A DNA stretch of 61,032 nt from an uncultured delta proteobacterium (GTDB lineage: Bacteria > Desulfobacterota > WTBG01 > CAIYCZ01): NCBI GenBank assembly GCA_963803975.1, contig CAWDOY010000035.1:1-61032 (forward strand). The letters run 5' to 3'. Under the pieces are notes generated by a model. That model saw only the letters and a list, made by a program, of their open reading frames with translations. It did not search any database and was not told the origin of the DNA. Of this stretch, positions 23,234 to 33,726 are shown one piece after another (the stretch's first letter is position 1; each line of letters begins with the position of its first letter). Position numbers and translations under genes: made by a program.

Positions 23234-25177
23234 ATGAAAAAGGCAAAGATTGCAGGCTGGCGAGGAAAAATCCTGAAGGTTGACCTGGGCAGCGGCAGCA
23301 TCAGGGAAGAAGAGCTTCCGCAGGAGCTGATGACAAACTATATCGGCGGCTCCGGCTTGAACGCGCGGCTCTTTTATGATCTCATGCGCGAGCATCCCCA
23401 TGCTGACCCGCTCTCTCCTGATAATCCGCTCATCTTCGGCTTCGGCCCGGCCGTGGGAACCACCTTCCCCTGTGCCACACGCTTCACGGTCACGGCCAAG
23501 GGCCCGCTGACCGGCATCTTCGGCGATTCCAATGCCGGGGGGTTCTTCGGCGTAAAGGCAAAACAGGCGGGCTATGACCATATTGTGTTCACCGGCGCAT
23601 CCGCCACGCCGGTAGCACTTCTCATTGAAAAGGGAAAAGCCCCGCAGCTGGTAGACGCAACCGGCCTGTGGGGCCTTGATACCTATGAAACAGATGACCG
23701 CATCCACGAGCAGTACGGCAGCTGCGAAACAGCGCGCATCGGGCCGGCAGGAGAAAACCTGGTGCGCTACGCAAATATCTTTTCCGGCACCAAGCGCGTG
23801 GGCGCCAACGGCAGGGCCGGCATGGGCTGCGTGATGGGCTCGAAAAAGCTGAAGGCCGTGATTGTTAAAAGTGACGGCGGAGCAGTGCCGGTCGCGGACA
23901 GGAAAAAGCTTGATGAACTCTCCGCGCACTACCGCGAAATCTGGGGCCAGGGGCCGGGAACCGCTGCCAATGCGGAATACGGTACGCTGATTTTAATAGC
24001 CCAGATCGGGGCTGAGGCTTCCATTAAAAACGACCAGGAGCACATCAGCCAGGAACAGCTTGACCAGTATGACCTGGAACTGTTCTTAAATAAATACAAG
24101 AGCGGCAAGACCGCGTGCTACCGCTGCCCGGTGGGCTGCTCCCAGAAGTGGAAGGTTGACGACGGCCCCTACCAGGGTAAAAGCGGGGACAAGATAGAAT
24201 TCGGCCACTACCTGCACCTGGGCCCCATGCTCGGCATTTTTGATTTTCCCTCCATGTTTCACCTTGCTGACATGACCAACCGCCTGGGCATGGACTGCAC
24301 GCAGTTCGGCTGGAACCTGGCAATGGCCATGGAATGCTTTCAGCGCGGCATCCTGGGATCTGAAGCTACCGACGGGATAGAACTTAACTGGGGAGATACG
24401 GAGATGGCCGCGAAGATGATGCAGAAGACCGCCATGCGGGACGGCTTCGGCAGCATCCTTGCGGAAAATATCCCGGAGATGATCCGGCGGCTCGGCCCTG
24501 AATCAAAGCCCTACGGGTTTCACACCAAGGGCATGACCTTTCCCTACAACCGCAAGGAGGTGATGCCCATGGGCCTTGCCTCTTCTGTTGCCGCCCGCGG
24601 TGCCGACCACATGAAGGGGCACCCGTTCTCAGGTCTCGTTGGTGCGCGGGAGATGCTGGAGCGGATTTTCGGAAAGGATATTCCGGAAGAGATAACTGAT
24701 CACCGCAGCCCCGTGGCCAAGGGCCGCGTGGTCTGGTGGCATGAAAACTACAAGATGGTGATGGACTCGCTGGGCCTGTGCTTCATCCCTGTTGCCGCAA
24801 CCACTATCTACGGCGACCCCCTGATTCTGATTGAAGAGCTGGGAGAGATTTATCAGGCAATAACCGGCAATGATCCCGGGCTTCTGTTTGCAGCAGGAGA
24901 GCGGGCCTACCAGATTGAAAAGAGCTACAATGCGCTGCTTGGCATCAGCAGGAAGGACGACATGCGCCAGGGCTCTACCCGGGGACAAGTTGACCCTATT
25001 AATCATCCCGGCATGCTTGATGAATACTATTTTTATCGCGGCTGCTCTGCCGATGGTATCCCGACCAGAAAGAGGCTTGAAGAGGCAGGTCTTGCAGAGG
25101 TTGCAGAGGATCTTGCTAAAGCAGGGAAACTTTCCGATCGGGAATGCCCGGCCATAGAGGAACTGGTGGCAAAGTGA
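23234..25177 (+). CDS. Aldehyde ferredoxin oxidoreductase family (tungsten/molybdenum pterin) protein
   Basis: GKILKVDL, YIGGSG, IGPAGENLV, GRAGMGCVMGSKKLKAV, CYRCPVGC, RGADH, DSLGLC. Confidence 0.93.
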   Translation: MKKAKIAGWRGKILKVDLGSGSIREEELPQELMTNYIGGSGLNARLFYDLMREHPHADPLSPDNPLIFGFGPAVGTTFPCATRFTVTAKGPLTGIFGDSNAGGFFGVKAKQAGYDHIVFTGASATPVALLIEKGKAPQLVDATGLWGLDTYETDDRIHEQYGSCETARIGPAGENLVRYANIFSGTKRVGANGRAGMGCVMGSKKLKAVIVKSDGGAVPVADRKKLDELSAHYREIWGQGPGTAANAEYGTLILIAQIGAEASIKNDQEHISQEQLDQYDLELFLNKYKSGKTACYRCPVGCSQKWKVDDGPYQGKSGDKIEFGHYLHLGPMLGIFDFPSMFHLADMTNRLGMDCTQFGWNLAMAMECFQRGILGSEATDGIELNWGDTEMAAKMMQKTAMRDGFGSILAENIPEMIRRLGPESKPYGFHTKGMTFPYNRKEVMPMGLASSVAARGADHMKGHPFSGLVGAREMLERIFGKDIPEEITDHRSPVAKGRVVWWHENYKMVMDSLGLCFIPVAATTIYGDPLILIEELGEIYQAITGNDPGLLFAAGERAYQIEKSYNALLGISRKDDMRQGSTRGQVDPINHPGMLDEYYFYRGCSADGIPTRKRLEEAGLAEVAEDLAKAGKLSDRECPAIEELVAK

Positions 25178-25258
25178 CGCGGGTTTCGTGGCTTGGGATT
25201 CAAGGCTCGTGATAAGTAACTTAAAATCCTTTAATCCCCGATTCATAAGGAGATCGTA

Positions 25259-26683
25259 GTGGGCATGCACAGCTGTGAAATAGGGGTTATCGGCCTTGGC
25301 GTGATGGGCCGTAATCTGGCGTTGAACTGCGCTGAGCACGGGTTCCCGGTTGTTGTGTATAACCGCACCGCAGAAAAAACCAGCGAATTTATCGTATGTG
25401 ATGCGGCCGGCGTTCCCATTCGCGCCGGCTACACTCTGCAGGAATTTACAGAACTCCTCCGGAAACCGCGTGCTGTTATCATGCTGGTGCCTGCCGGGCC
25501 GCCCGTTGATAGTATGATCCAGGAGCTTCTTCTCTTCCTTGAGACCGGTGACGTCCTCATTGACGGCGGCAATTCCCGGCCTGCAGATACAGACCGGCGC
25601 GGCAAAGCATTACAGGAAAAGGGTATCCTGTATCTGGGAACCGGTATTTCCGGAGGTGAAGCTGGCGCCCGTTTCGGTCCCAGCATCATGCCCGGCGGTC
25701 CGCAAAAAGCATACGAGCGGGTACAGCCGGTCATGGAAGCGATCGCCGCCCGCGCTGAAGGAGAGCCCTGCGTCTCCTACCTCGGCCAGGGTTCAGCCGG
25801 CCATTATGTCAAGATGGTGCATAACGGCATTGAGTATGGGCTCATGCAGCTGATAGCAGAGACCTATGATCTGATGAAGCGGGGGCTTGGCCTGCAGGCA
25901 GGTGAGCTGCACCATATCTATGCCCAATGGAACGAGGGTAAGACTGCATGCTATCTGCTGGAGATTACCGCCCGGATTTTTTCTGCCCTTGACGAAAAAA
26001 CCGGCCAGCCTCTGATCAATCTGATACTTGATGCTGCGCGACAAAAGGGGAGCGGCATGTGGACCTCACAGGAAGCACTGAATCTTCAGGTACCAACACC
26101 GACTATCGATGCTTCAGTTGCAATGCGTAATCTTTCCGGACTGAAAAAAGACCGCACCGCCGCAGCCGGCGTACTGGGACTGGCGGCGCCTGCCTTCAGC
26201 GGCGACCGCAGAAGATTCATTGAGCAGCTGCGCGGCGCCTTCTATGCGGGAATGATTCTTACCTATGCCCAGGGGTTTGCCCTGCTCTATCGCGCCTCGC
26301 AGGTCAATACGTACCGCCTGCGCCTGGCAGAGGTTGCAAGAATCTGGCGGGGCGGCTGCATTATCAGGGCCTCCCTGCTCAATGGTATAGGCACTGCCTG
26401 CCGTATAAATCCTGATCTACCCAATCTGCTGATGGATGAACAGATTGCTCAGGCTCTTATCACGCACCACGATGATCTGCGGGCAGTGGTGCAGGCTGCA
26501 GCAGCGATGGGTATCCCTGCGCCAGCCTTCATGGCTTCACTTTCCTACCTTGACGGCTACCGAAGCCCGTGGCTGCCGGCAAACCTCATCCAGGCTCAGC
26601 GGGACTGCTTCGGCGCCCACACCTATGAGCGGCTGGATATGCCCGGAACCTTTCACTCAAAGTGGCAGAAGGACCGGGGTTAG
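25259..26683 (+). CDS. gndA: NADP-dependent 6-phosphogluconate dehydrogenase, decarboxylating
   Basis: IGLGVMGRNLALN, IDGGNS, GISGGE, HYVKMVHNGIEY, QAQRDCFGAHTYER. Confidence 0.96.
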   Translation: MGMHSCEIGVIGLGVMGRNLALNCAEHGFPVVVYNRTAEKTSEFIVCDAAGVPIRAGYTLQEFTELLRKPRAVIMLVPAGPPVDSMIQELLLFLETGDVLIDGGNSRPADTDRRGKALQEKGILYLGTGISGGEAGARFGPSIMPGGPQKAYERVQPVMEAIAARAEGEPCVSYLGQGSAGHYVKMVHNGIEYGLMQLIAETYDLMKRGLGLQAGELHHIYAQWNEGKTACYLLEITARIFSALDEKTGQPLINLILDAARQKGSGMWTSQEALNLQVPTPTIDASVAMRNLSGLKKDRTAAAGVLGLAAPAFSGDRRRFIEQLRGAFYAGMILTYAQGFALLYRASQVNTYRLRLAEVARIWRGGCIIRASLLNGIGTACRINPDLPNLLMDEQIAQALITHHDDLRAVVQAAAAMGIPAPAFMASLSYLDGYRSPWLPANLIQAQRDCFGAHTYERLDMPGTFHSKWQKDRG

Positions 26684-26813
26684 TGATTCAAGGGCAGAGG
26701 TTCGAAAATAAAATTCCTTCTGTCTTCTGCTTTATCAGCCCGGGTTGTAATATCAGGATAGTGGCGCATAATAACTGTCTATTTGCCCGTTTATAACCGA
26801 TAAAAGCTATATC

Positions 26814-26856
26814 TATCGGGTTGTTGAAAAAGTAGTTTTCTCTCAGGCTGGTTAAA
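26814..26856 (-). mobile_element. Partial, inverted copy of the MITE at 33541..33698
   Basis: TATCGGGTTGTTGAAAAAGTAGTTTTCTCTCAGGCTGGT matches the reverse complement of the MITE right end. Confidence 0.7.
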
Positions 26857-27160
26857 TGCTTTGAGGAAACATTGTCATCTGATAACGATTGCCAGTTCGA
26901 TACGCCATGGTTGTTCTCCTTTAAAAAAAACTGTACCATAGCAGCATGGCCGCTGGTGTATCTTTTCTTTGCTTTCTAATATTTTTTTGTCAAAGAACGC
27001 TTATGTTGCCCCCCGACTCCCTTTAATTGCGACACAGTCTCTAGATAATAAATATCCCCCTGCTGTCAAACAGATTGCAGCAGCGACATAACCTGTTAAA
27101 AACCCTATGGTTATCTCAATTAATTACTTAACCTATTGAAATTACATTTTTATTTTTTGT

Positions 27161-27189
27161 TTGACATGCTTTTTAAAGTTTCCTATACT
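27161..27189 (+). promoter_or_regulatory. sigma70 promoter of the NlpC/P60 gene
   Basis: TTGACA-17 nt-TATACT. Confidence 0.75.
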
Positions 27190-27433
27190 CCCCCCAGCTC
27201 GAAGGGGTTGGCATCTTAAAATCATCCCCGTGATAAACCCATCCAGTTTGGCATGATGTATGTACTTAATCCCATGGTTGGTTTATGGTAGACTGGTATT
27301 GAAACTTTAAATAATAGCGGCTCACTGGTTGCATTATCTCTCAACCAGTGCCGGTCCAACAAAGACCCTGCTGAGGACTTGTTGTGTACCGGTAAAGAGC
27401 TGTTCTGGATGCAAGCAGTTTCTGGGAGGGACT

Positions 27434-28710
27434 GTGAACATAAGAGCAATAGCTATAATTCAGAAGAGACATAACTGGCGGTTTGTAAACCGCTGTATAC
27501 CAATAGTATGCAGCCTGTTACTGCTTATCCCTTTTACCCATACCGCATATGGCAAGACCAAGCCATCCACCGGCCCCGTCTCCGCCCGCAAGACCCTGGT
27601 AAATGACAGTAAGCTTCAGAATGAAATGAAAAAATATCTGGGCACCCCGTATGAACTCGGGGGAACCGGTCCGGACGGGATTGACTGCTCAGGATTTGCC
27701 CGGCTGATATACAAGAACGTTTATGGTATTGAACTCCCCCATAATGCTGCCTCCCAGTCAAAATGCCCGCCCTATCTGCTGAAAAAGGTTTCAACCGAAA
27801 AACTGAAGACCGGTGATTTGATTTTCTTTTCTTCAGGTAAAAACAGACAGCGCATAACCCATGTAGGACTTTATCTTTCAGGCGGGGAATTTATACATGC
27901 CTCACGCTCAAAGAAGGAGGTTGTTGTTTCCAACCTTTTTGAGCAGCACTGGAGAACAAAAATTGTCTCTACCAAGCGCCTGGCGAGCATGACCGCATGG
28001 GACGAGGAAGAAACAATCCGTGCGGGCAGCTTTGACTTTTCCCCCGGCAAAAAGAACACTTTCAGGCTGCACTATAAGGCAAAGGCAGTACCTCTGGCTA
28101 AGGCAGCGCCCAACAAATACGCTCCCCTCTATTACCGCGATCCATCCCAGGAGATGGAACTGCGCTATACCAGGCCCCTCTACGGCAAGGCCTGGAGCGT
28201 CAATATGAGCGCTTTCCAGTGGCAGAAGTCTATAGACAATGGCTATTCACTATCGCCTGATTCCATTGAGCAGAGCGCTTACCGGACTACCCTGTACAGC
28301 CGCGGCGTCAGCATGAGCAGTGATATTAAACCCCTTCAGTGGTTAAGTATCCGGCCGTCTCTGACCTACCTTACCTATGGGCCGGGCACTGACAGCATGG
28401 ACCTGCAGGGGCGCACCGTGGGAGTGGATGTCAATGTGCTGCCGGAATCAAGAACCTGGACGCTCTCTACCGCAGTCCAGTACTCAAACATGAATGTCAC
28501 GGGAACGCGCCAGGTTAATTATAATTATATGGCAGGGATCGGAACGCCCTTGATATGTCGCTTAAATACCGCCAGCAAATCTCAGACCGCATGCAGATTA
28601 CCCTTATAGGACAACATTTGCAGAAAACGAGTGCCAACGGGCTTGAAGATATCATAGGGGTTGACAAAACTGATGAACGGCTCTCATTTATGCTGAATTT
28701 CATGTATTAA
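27434..28710 (+). CDS. NlpC/P60 (C40) peptidase with a C-terminal outer-membrane beta-barrel-like domain; frameshift near 28535
   Basis: LGTPYELGG...GIDCSGF, GDLIFF, HVGLY, FIHAS; shifted frame ends ...RLSFMLNFMY*; GGGAGG RBS before GTG 27434. Confidence 0.8.
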
Positions 28711-28752
28711 CAGCGTTATGCTATTATGCTATGGTTATAGAAACCTCTGCAG

Positions 28753-28787
28753 AAGGGATTGACAGCACACGTGTCAATCCCTTTTTT
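28753..28787 (+). terminator. Rho-independent terminator
   Basis: AAGGGATTGACA/TGTCAATCCCTT stem followed by a T run. Confidence 0.85.
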
Positions 28788-28866
28788 GTCTCTGCTGCTT
28801 AAGTAATTAATAGCGCCAGCGGCGCGAAGAGATACCTGGTAATAAACACCCGGTTAACGCTTTTGA

Positions 28867-31005
28867 ATGAGGCACATTATGCAGGAACTTCCCAAAACCA
28901 TACACAAGCGCGATGATGCACTGGTCAGCTTTGATGAGCAGAAAATCAAACGGGCGATCTTCAGGGCCGGGCTTGAAGCCCTGGAAGATGAGCAAAAGGC
29001 CCGCGCCATAGCTGAGCTCACCGGCAGCAGGGTCCTGGAAAAAATCAGCACGCTGTATGCTGATACCATTCCCTCGGTAGAGAATATCCAGGACCTGGTT
29101 GAAGAAGTGTTAATGGCAGAGGGCTACACGGCGGTAGCACGAAGCTATATCCTCTACCGTGAAGAACACAAGTATCTGCGGCAGGCAAAAAAAATCTACG
29201 GCATCCGCGATGACCTGAAGCTGCCCCTGAACGCCCTGTTTGTGCTCAAAAAACGCTATCTGCTGAAGGATGATAACCAGAGCGTTGTTGAAACTCCGGG
29301 AGAGCTGTTCCAGCGGGTTGCAAAAGCCATCAGCGAAGCTGAGCTTAATTTCCCGTCAGCTCAGCGCAGGGAAGAAGTTGAAGAAACTTTTTTGCAGATG
29401 ATGACCGCGCTTGAGTTCATGCCCAACTCCCCCACCCTCATGAACGCGGGGACGGCACTGGGTCAGCTGTCAGCCTGTTTTGTCCTGCCGGTCGAAGATT
29501 CCATCCCCGGCATCTTTGAGACCTTGAAAAACATGGCCCGCATTCATCAGAGCGGCGGCGGCACCGGGTTTGATTTTTCCCGCCTCAGGCCGCGGGGCGA
29601 TCTTGTCAGCACCACCAAGGGTGAGGCGTCCGGGCCGGTCTCGTTCATGAGCATCTTCAACCAGGCAACCGGCATCATTGTCCAGGGCGGCAGGCGTCGT
29701 GGCGCCAATATGGGCATCCTGCGCTGCGACCACCCCGACATTTTTGACTTCATTCAGGCAAAACTGAATGACGGTGCTTTTGCCAATTTTAACCTCTCGG
29801 TCGCGGTCACTGATGCCTTCATGGAGGCGGTGCGCGCGGATGGAAACTTTGATTTACTCAACCCCCGGACACGCAAGAAAGTCAAATCCGTAAAGGCGCG
29901 GTCAATATTTAACCTGCTCGTTCACTCCGCCTGGCGCTCAGGAGACCCGGGGCTGGTGTTTCTTGATGAGATCAACCGCCATAATCCCACCCCTGAGGCC
30001 GGCATGATAGAGGCCACCAATCCCTGCGGGGAGATACCCCTTTTGCCCTATGAAAGCTGCAACCTTGCCTCGATCAATCTGGCAAAATTTGTACAGGGAA
30101 AAGCCGTTGACTGGCAAAAGCTGCGGGAGCGGATCCGCTGGGGAGTGCGCTTTCTGGATAATGTGATTGAGGTAAACAAATACCCGCTGCCGCAGATACA
30201 AGATATCACCCACGCCAACCGTAAAATCGGGCTGGGCGTTATGGGCTTTGCCGATATGCTCATCAGGCTGGGCATCCCCTATACTGCCCCGGAGGCAATA
30301 ACAACCGCTGAAACGCTCATGCAGTTTTTCCACCACGAATCGCTCCATGCCTCCCAGAGCCTGGCAGAGGAGCGGGGGGTATTCCCCAACTATGAGCAGT
30401 CTGTGTATCCGGGCAAAAATCTGAGACTGCGGAATGCCACGGTTAACACGGTCGCTCCGACCGGCACCATCAGCATTATCTGCGGCTGCTCAAGCGGCAT
30501 TGAGCCCCTCTTCGCCCTGAGTTACGTGCGCAATGTGCTGTCCGGGTCAAAGCTGTTTGAGATGCATTCGCTTTTTTCCGCGGAACTCCGCCGGCGCGGG
30601 CTCTACACAAAAGAGCTGATGGCGGAAATAGGAAAATCAGGCTCAATCCGGCAGATGGAAGAGATACCGGAAGAGTTGCGACGGCTCTTTGTCATCTCTT
30701 TTGACGTGCCGCCGGAGCAGCACCTGGGGATTCAGGCCGCATTCCAGAAATATACTGACAACTCGGTCTCTAAAACCATTAACCTCCCGCCTGATGCAAG
30801 TATCGATGATGTCAGCCGCATCTACCTGCTGGCCCACGAGCTTAAGTGCAAGGGCATCACCATCTACCGCTACGGCACCCGGGAGAACCAGGTGCTCTCG
30901 TTCGGCTCACGGCCGGGTGGAGAAGGAGAGTATGAGGGCGGAGACTTTGTCACCGCCGGCTCAGAATTTGCCGGCGACTGCTTTAACGGCACCTGCCTGT
31001 TCTGA
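28867..31005 (+). CDS. nrdJ: Class II (adenosylcobalamin-dependent) ribonucleotide reductase with N-terminal ATP cone
   Basis: KRD...FDEQKI ATP cone; FMPNSPTLMNAG; SACFV; TNPCGE; APTGTIS; SKTINLP; C-terminal cysteine pair. Confidence 0.93.
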   Translation: MRHIMQELPKTIHKRDDALVSFDEQKIKRAIFRAGLEALEDEQKARAIAELTGSRVLEKISTLYADTIPSVENIQDLVEEVLMAEGYTAVARSYILYREEHKYLRQAKKIYGIRDDLKLPLNALFVLKKRYLLKDDNQSVVETPGELFQRVAKAISEAELNFPSAQRREEVEETFLQMMTALEFMPNSPTLMNAGTALGQLSACFVLPVEDSIPGIFETLKNMARIHQSGGGTGFDFSRLRPRGDLVSTTKGEASGPVSFMSIFNQATGIIVQGGRRRGANMGILRCDHPDIFDFIQAKLNDGAFANFNLSVAVTDAFMEAVRADGNFDLLNPRTRKKVKSVKARSIFNLLVHSAWRSGDPGLVFLDEINRHNPTPEAGMIEATNPCGEIPLLPYESCNLASINLAKFVQGKAVDWQKLRERIRWGVRFLDNVIEVNKYPLPQIQDITHANRKIGLGVMGFADMLIRLGIPYTAPEAITTAETLMQFFHHESLHASQSLAEERGVFPNYEQSVYPGKNLRLRNATVNTVAPTGTISIICGCSSGIEPLFALSYVRNVLSGSKLFEMHSLFSAELRRRGLYTKELMAEIGKSGSIRQMEEIPEELRRLFVISFDVPPEQHLGIQAAFQKYTDNSVSKTINLPPDASIDDVSRIYLLAHELKCKGITIYRYGTRENQVLSFGSRPGGEGEYEGGDFVTAGSEFAGDCFNGTCLF

Positions 31006-31037
31006 TGCTGTCTGAAAATTTCAAAAGGGAGTAAACA

Positions 31038-31682
31038 ATGCTTTCAGCCAAAGAACGCATACCGGCTATTATTAAAATACTGCGCAAGCACTACCCGGCA
31101 ACCTGCACCGCCCTGCACTTTGAAACGCCACTGCAGATTCTGGTGGCCACCATTCTTTCAGCCCAGTGCACTGATGTGCGGGTGAACATGATAACCCCGT
31201 CCCTGTTTAAGAAATACCCCACCACGCGGGAGTTTTCCCGGGCGCGGCAGGAGGAACTGGAGCAGGAAATCCGCTCCACCGGTTTTTTCCGCAACAAGGC
31301 AAAAAATATCATCGCTGCAGCGCAAATGATGTGCGCTGACTTCGGCGGGAAGGTCCCGGATACCATGGAAGACCTCATCAAGCTTCCGGGTGTTGCGCGA
31401 AAAACTGCCAACATCGTGCTCTCAAGCGGCTATAAAAAAGCAGAGGGCATTGCGGTTGACACGCATGTAAAACGGCTCTCCGAGCGGCTGGGATTGAGCA
31501 CCAAAACCAACCCGGAAAAAATCGAGCAGGACCTGCTTACTCTGGTTCCGAAAAAGGACTGGCTTGACTTTAATTACCTGCTGGTGAATCACGGCAGGGC
31601 AATCTGCATTGCGCGGAAACCCAAATGCCTTGAGTGCCCGGTACAGCTCTTGTGCCCGGCAGCGAAAAAGTTTATGAAATAG
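31038..31682 (+). CDS. nth: Endonuclease III
   Basis: LVATILSAQCTD, LPGVARKTAN, AVDTHVKR, C-x6-C-x2-C-x5-C. Confidence 0.96.
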   Translation: MLSAKERIPAIIKILRKHYPATCTALHFETPLQILVATILSAQCTDVRVNMITPSLFKKYPTTREFSRARQEELEQEIRSTGFFRNKAKNIIAAAQMMCADFGGKVPDTMEDLIKLPGVARKTANIVLSSGYKKAEGIAVDTHVKRLSERLGLSTKTNPEKIEQDLLTLVPKKDWLDFNYLLVNHGRAICIARKPKCLECPVQLLCPAAKKFMK

Positions 31683-31763
31683 GTTAACAGGCCAATAGGT
31701 AAAAAGGCTAAAAGGTTCAAGCTGTTTTATCTCTTCGCCTTTTCGCCTCTTAACCTTTTAACC
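31681..31763. repeat. Inverted octamer tandem repeat tract
   Basis: AGGT/AGGC units every 8 nt, then GCCT/ACCT units. Confidence 0.55.
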
Positions 31764-31783
31764 AATACTACTGTGAGGAATAT

Positions 31784-32686
31784 ATGCCGCTTACCAATGC
31801 ACTGATTAAACAAACCTGTTCCGACCTGGAAGAAAAATACGTTGCCTATTTAATCAGCCATTTTGGCCAGTGGCGGGTGTGGGCCGAGGCATCGCAGCGG
31901 GTCGCAGACCGGCAGCCGGTATCAGAGCAGGAAATCCCCGAGGCGTTCCGCACTGAATTCAAAATTATGCAGGTCATTGTGGAGATGCAGGACCTGGGGA
32001 AGTTTGACTGGAAGAACCCCACGCTCATGAAGCTGTTTGGAGAACTTGCCCAGGGCCCGTTCTATAAATTCTTCGGTGACACGATAACAAAGATTGCCCT
32101 GCGCCTTGCACAAAGCGCCGGCGTCAAAACCCTGCTTGAGATCGGCGCGGGCCGGGCGAACCTGACAAAAATCATGCTCGACCAGATGGCTGCCATGAAT
32201 ATCTCGCTTCCTCTGGTTACCACCGACTCTCAGCCGGTTATCCTGGACAATATCGCACAATTACAAGCAGAGTATCCCCGGGCGGATATACCGGCGCTCC
32301 TCTGGAACATCACCGACCCGCCGCCGGAGGAGCTGATACAGACTGTCCAGCATCCCGTGCTGGTGTATGAGCGCTATACCCTGAACTATGCGAATGTCTC
32401 GGCAATAAAAAATATTGCCCGTGTCGCGGACATCCTGGTGCTGGGGGACTGGTTTAACTGTACTGGTGAGCTCTTTGCCTATGATGAAGTTTTCAAGAAG
32501 ATTGGAGCCATGCCCTTTTTCTTCAAAGATATCAAGCCCCTTCTTGACGAGTATTTCCCTAATCAGCATATTTTTGACCAGCGGGCCATTGATGCCATCA
32601 AGCTGCCCAACATAACGCTTCTGATTGCGTGGAAGTATGACAAAAAGCTGAGAGCTGACAGCTTTCAGCGTCATCAGACTTGCTAG
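31784..32686 (+). CDS. Hypothetical protein with SAM-methyltransferase-like motif I
   Basis: LLEIGAGRANL; TTDSQ acidic strand-2 position. Confidence 0.6.
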   Translation: MPLTNALIKQTCSDLEEKYVAYLISHFGQWRVWAEASQRVADRQPVSEQEIPEAFRTEFKIMQVIVEMQDLGKFDWKNPTLMKLFGELAQGPFYKFFGDTITKIALRLAQSAGVKTLLEIGAGRANLTKIMLDQMAAMNISLPLVTTDSQPVILDNIAQLQAEYPRADIPALLWNITDPPPEELIQTVQHPVLVYERYTLNYANVSAIKNIARVADILVLGDWFNCTGELFAYDEVFKKIGAMPFFFKDIKPLLDEYFPNQHIFDQRAIDAIKLPNITLLIAWKYDKKLRADSFQRHQTC

Positions 32687-32779
32687 TTTTAGGAACTTTC
32701 ACTCCCCTCTCCTCCTCGCGGGAGAGGCGTCAGGGAATTAAGAAGGGCTAGTTCTTACCCTCTATTAGTCTGTTCTTCT

Positions 32780-33514
32780 TTAGATCTTTGTTTTTTTGTC
32801 TGTCCCTGTCTGCTCTTCTCTGTCTTCTTCCTTTGCAAACTCCCATTTCCCCCGCCGCGTCTTGTAGCGCAGAGCGGCCTTCAGCATCTTCAGGAATTCC
32901 GCTCGCGGCACTTCCCGGGCGCCAAAGCTGGCCAGGTGACTGGTGGTGACCTGGCAGTCAATCAGGGAAAAGTTCCACAAAGCCAGCAGCCGGGTCAAAT
33001 GCACAAACGCAACCTTTGACGCGTCGCTTACCCGGGCAAACATGGACTCGCCAAAAAATGCCCTTCCCAGCGCCACGCCGTACAGCCCGCCAACCAGTTT
33101 GCCATCCTGCCAGCTCTCTACGGAATGAGCATAGCCGTCCTGGTGCAGGCAACAGTAGGCGTCAATCATCTCATCCATAATCCAGGTGCCCTTCTGGCGC
33201 GGTCGTTTAACATGAGCGCAGCCGCGGATAACATCTTCAAATGCTTGATCCAGCGTAATCTTAAAAGGCCCCTGTTTTATGGTGCGCGCAAGGCGTTTCG
33301 ACACACAGAGATCTTTGGGCTTAAGCATAAGACGGGGGTCAGGAGACCACCATAAGATGGGCGTGTCTTCTGCATACCAGGGGAAAAGGCCCATCCGGTA
33401 TGCCAGCAGCAGCCGCTTCATGCTCAAATCACCGCCCACCGCAAGCAGCCCGTCCGGGTCTGCATGTTCTGGAGGCGGGAACACGAGCTTGTCGGTAAGT
33501 TGGTAGACTGGCAT
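32780..33514 (-). CDS. aat: Leucyl/phenylalanyl-tRNA--protein transferase
   Basis: GLLAVGGDLS, WWSPDPR, GTWI, LVGGLYGV, FFGESMF, LIDCQ; true start probably MPVYQL at 33514. Confidence 0.95.
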   Translation of the reverse strand: MPVYQLTDKLVFPPPEHADPDGLLAVGGDLSMKRLLLAYRMGLFPWYAEDTPILWWSPDPRLMLKPKDLCVSKRLARTIKQGPFKITLDQAFEDVIRGCAHVKRPRQKGTWIMDEMIDAYCCLHQDGYAHSVESWQDGKLVGGLYGVALGRAFFGESMFARVSDASKVAFVHLTRLLALWNFSLIDCQVTTSHLASFGAREVPRAEFLKMLKAALRYKTRRGKWEFAKEEDREEQTGTDKKTKI

Positions 33515-33540
33515 AGTTTCAGGGGTTAGGGGTTCGTGTC

Positions 33541-33698
33541 TATCAGGCTGTTGAGAAACACCCGTCTGCTTCGTTGCGCTCATCCTTCGTCATTGCGACG
33601 TACGGTAAAGTACGACTCATTCCTCTTGATTTCGCGCGCCTTGCATCCGGATGTTTTTGACCAGCCTGGAAGAAAACTGCTTTTTCAACAACCTGATA
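33541..33698. mobile_element. MITE (158 bp) with terminal inverted repeats
   Basis: TATCAGGCTGTTGAGAAA ... TTTTTCAACAACCTGATA; partial second copy at 26814. Confidence 0.8.
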
Positions 33699-33726
33699 GG
33701 GGTTGCAATGGGGAGAGCGAAGCCCG

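Noticed and set aside
27195..27330. c-di-AMP (ydaO) riboswitch in the NlpC/P60 leader
   Set aside because: Only weak hairpins; GCTGAA/GGGGGA/TCAGCTAAC motifs absent
32780..33583. N-terminal extension of Aat
   Set aside because: It arises from reading into the MITE; the real start is probably 33514
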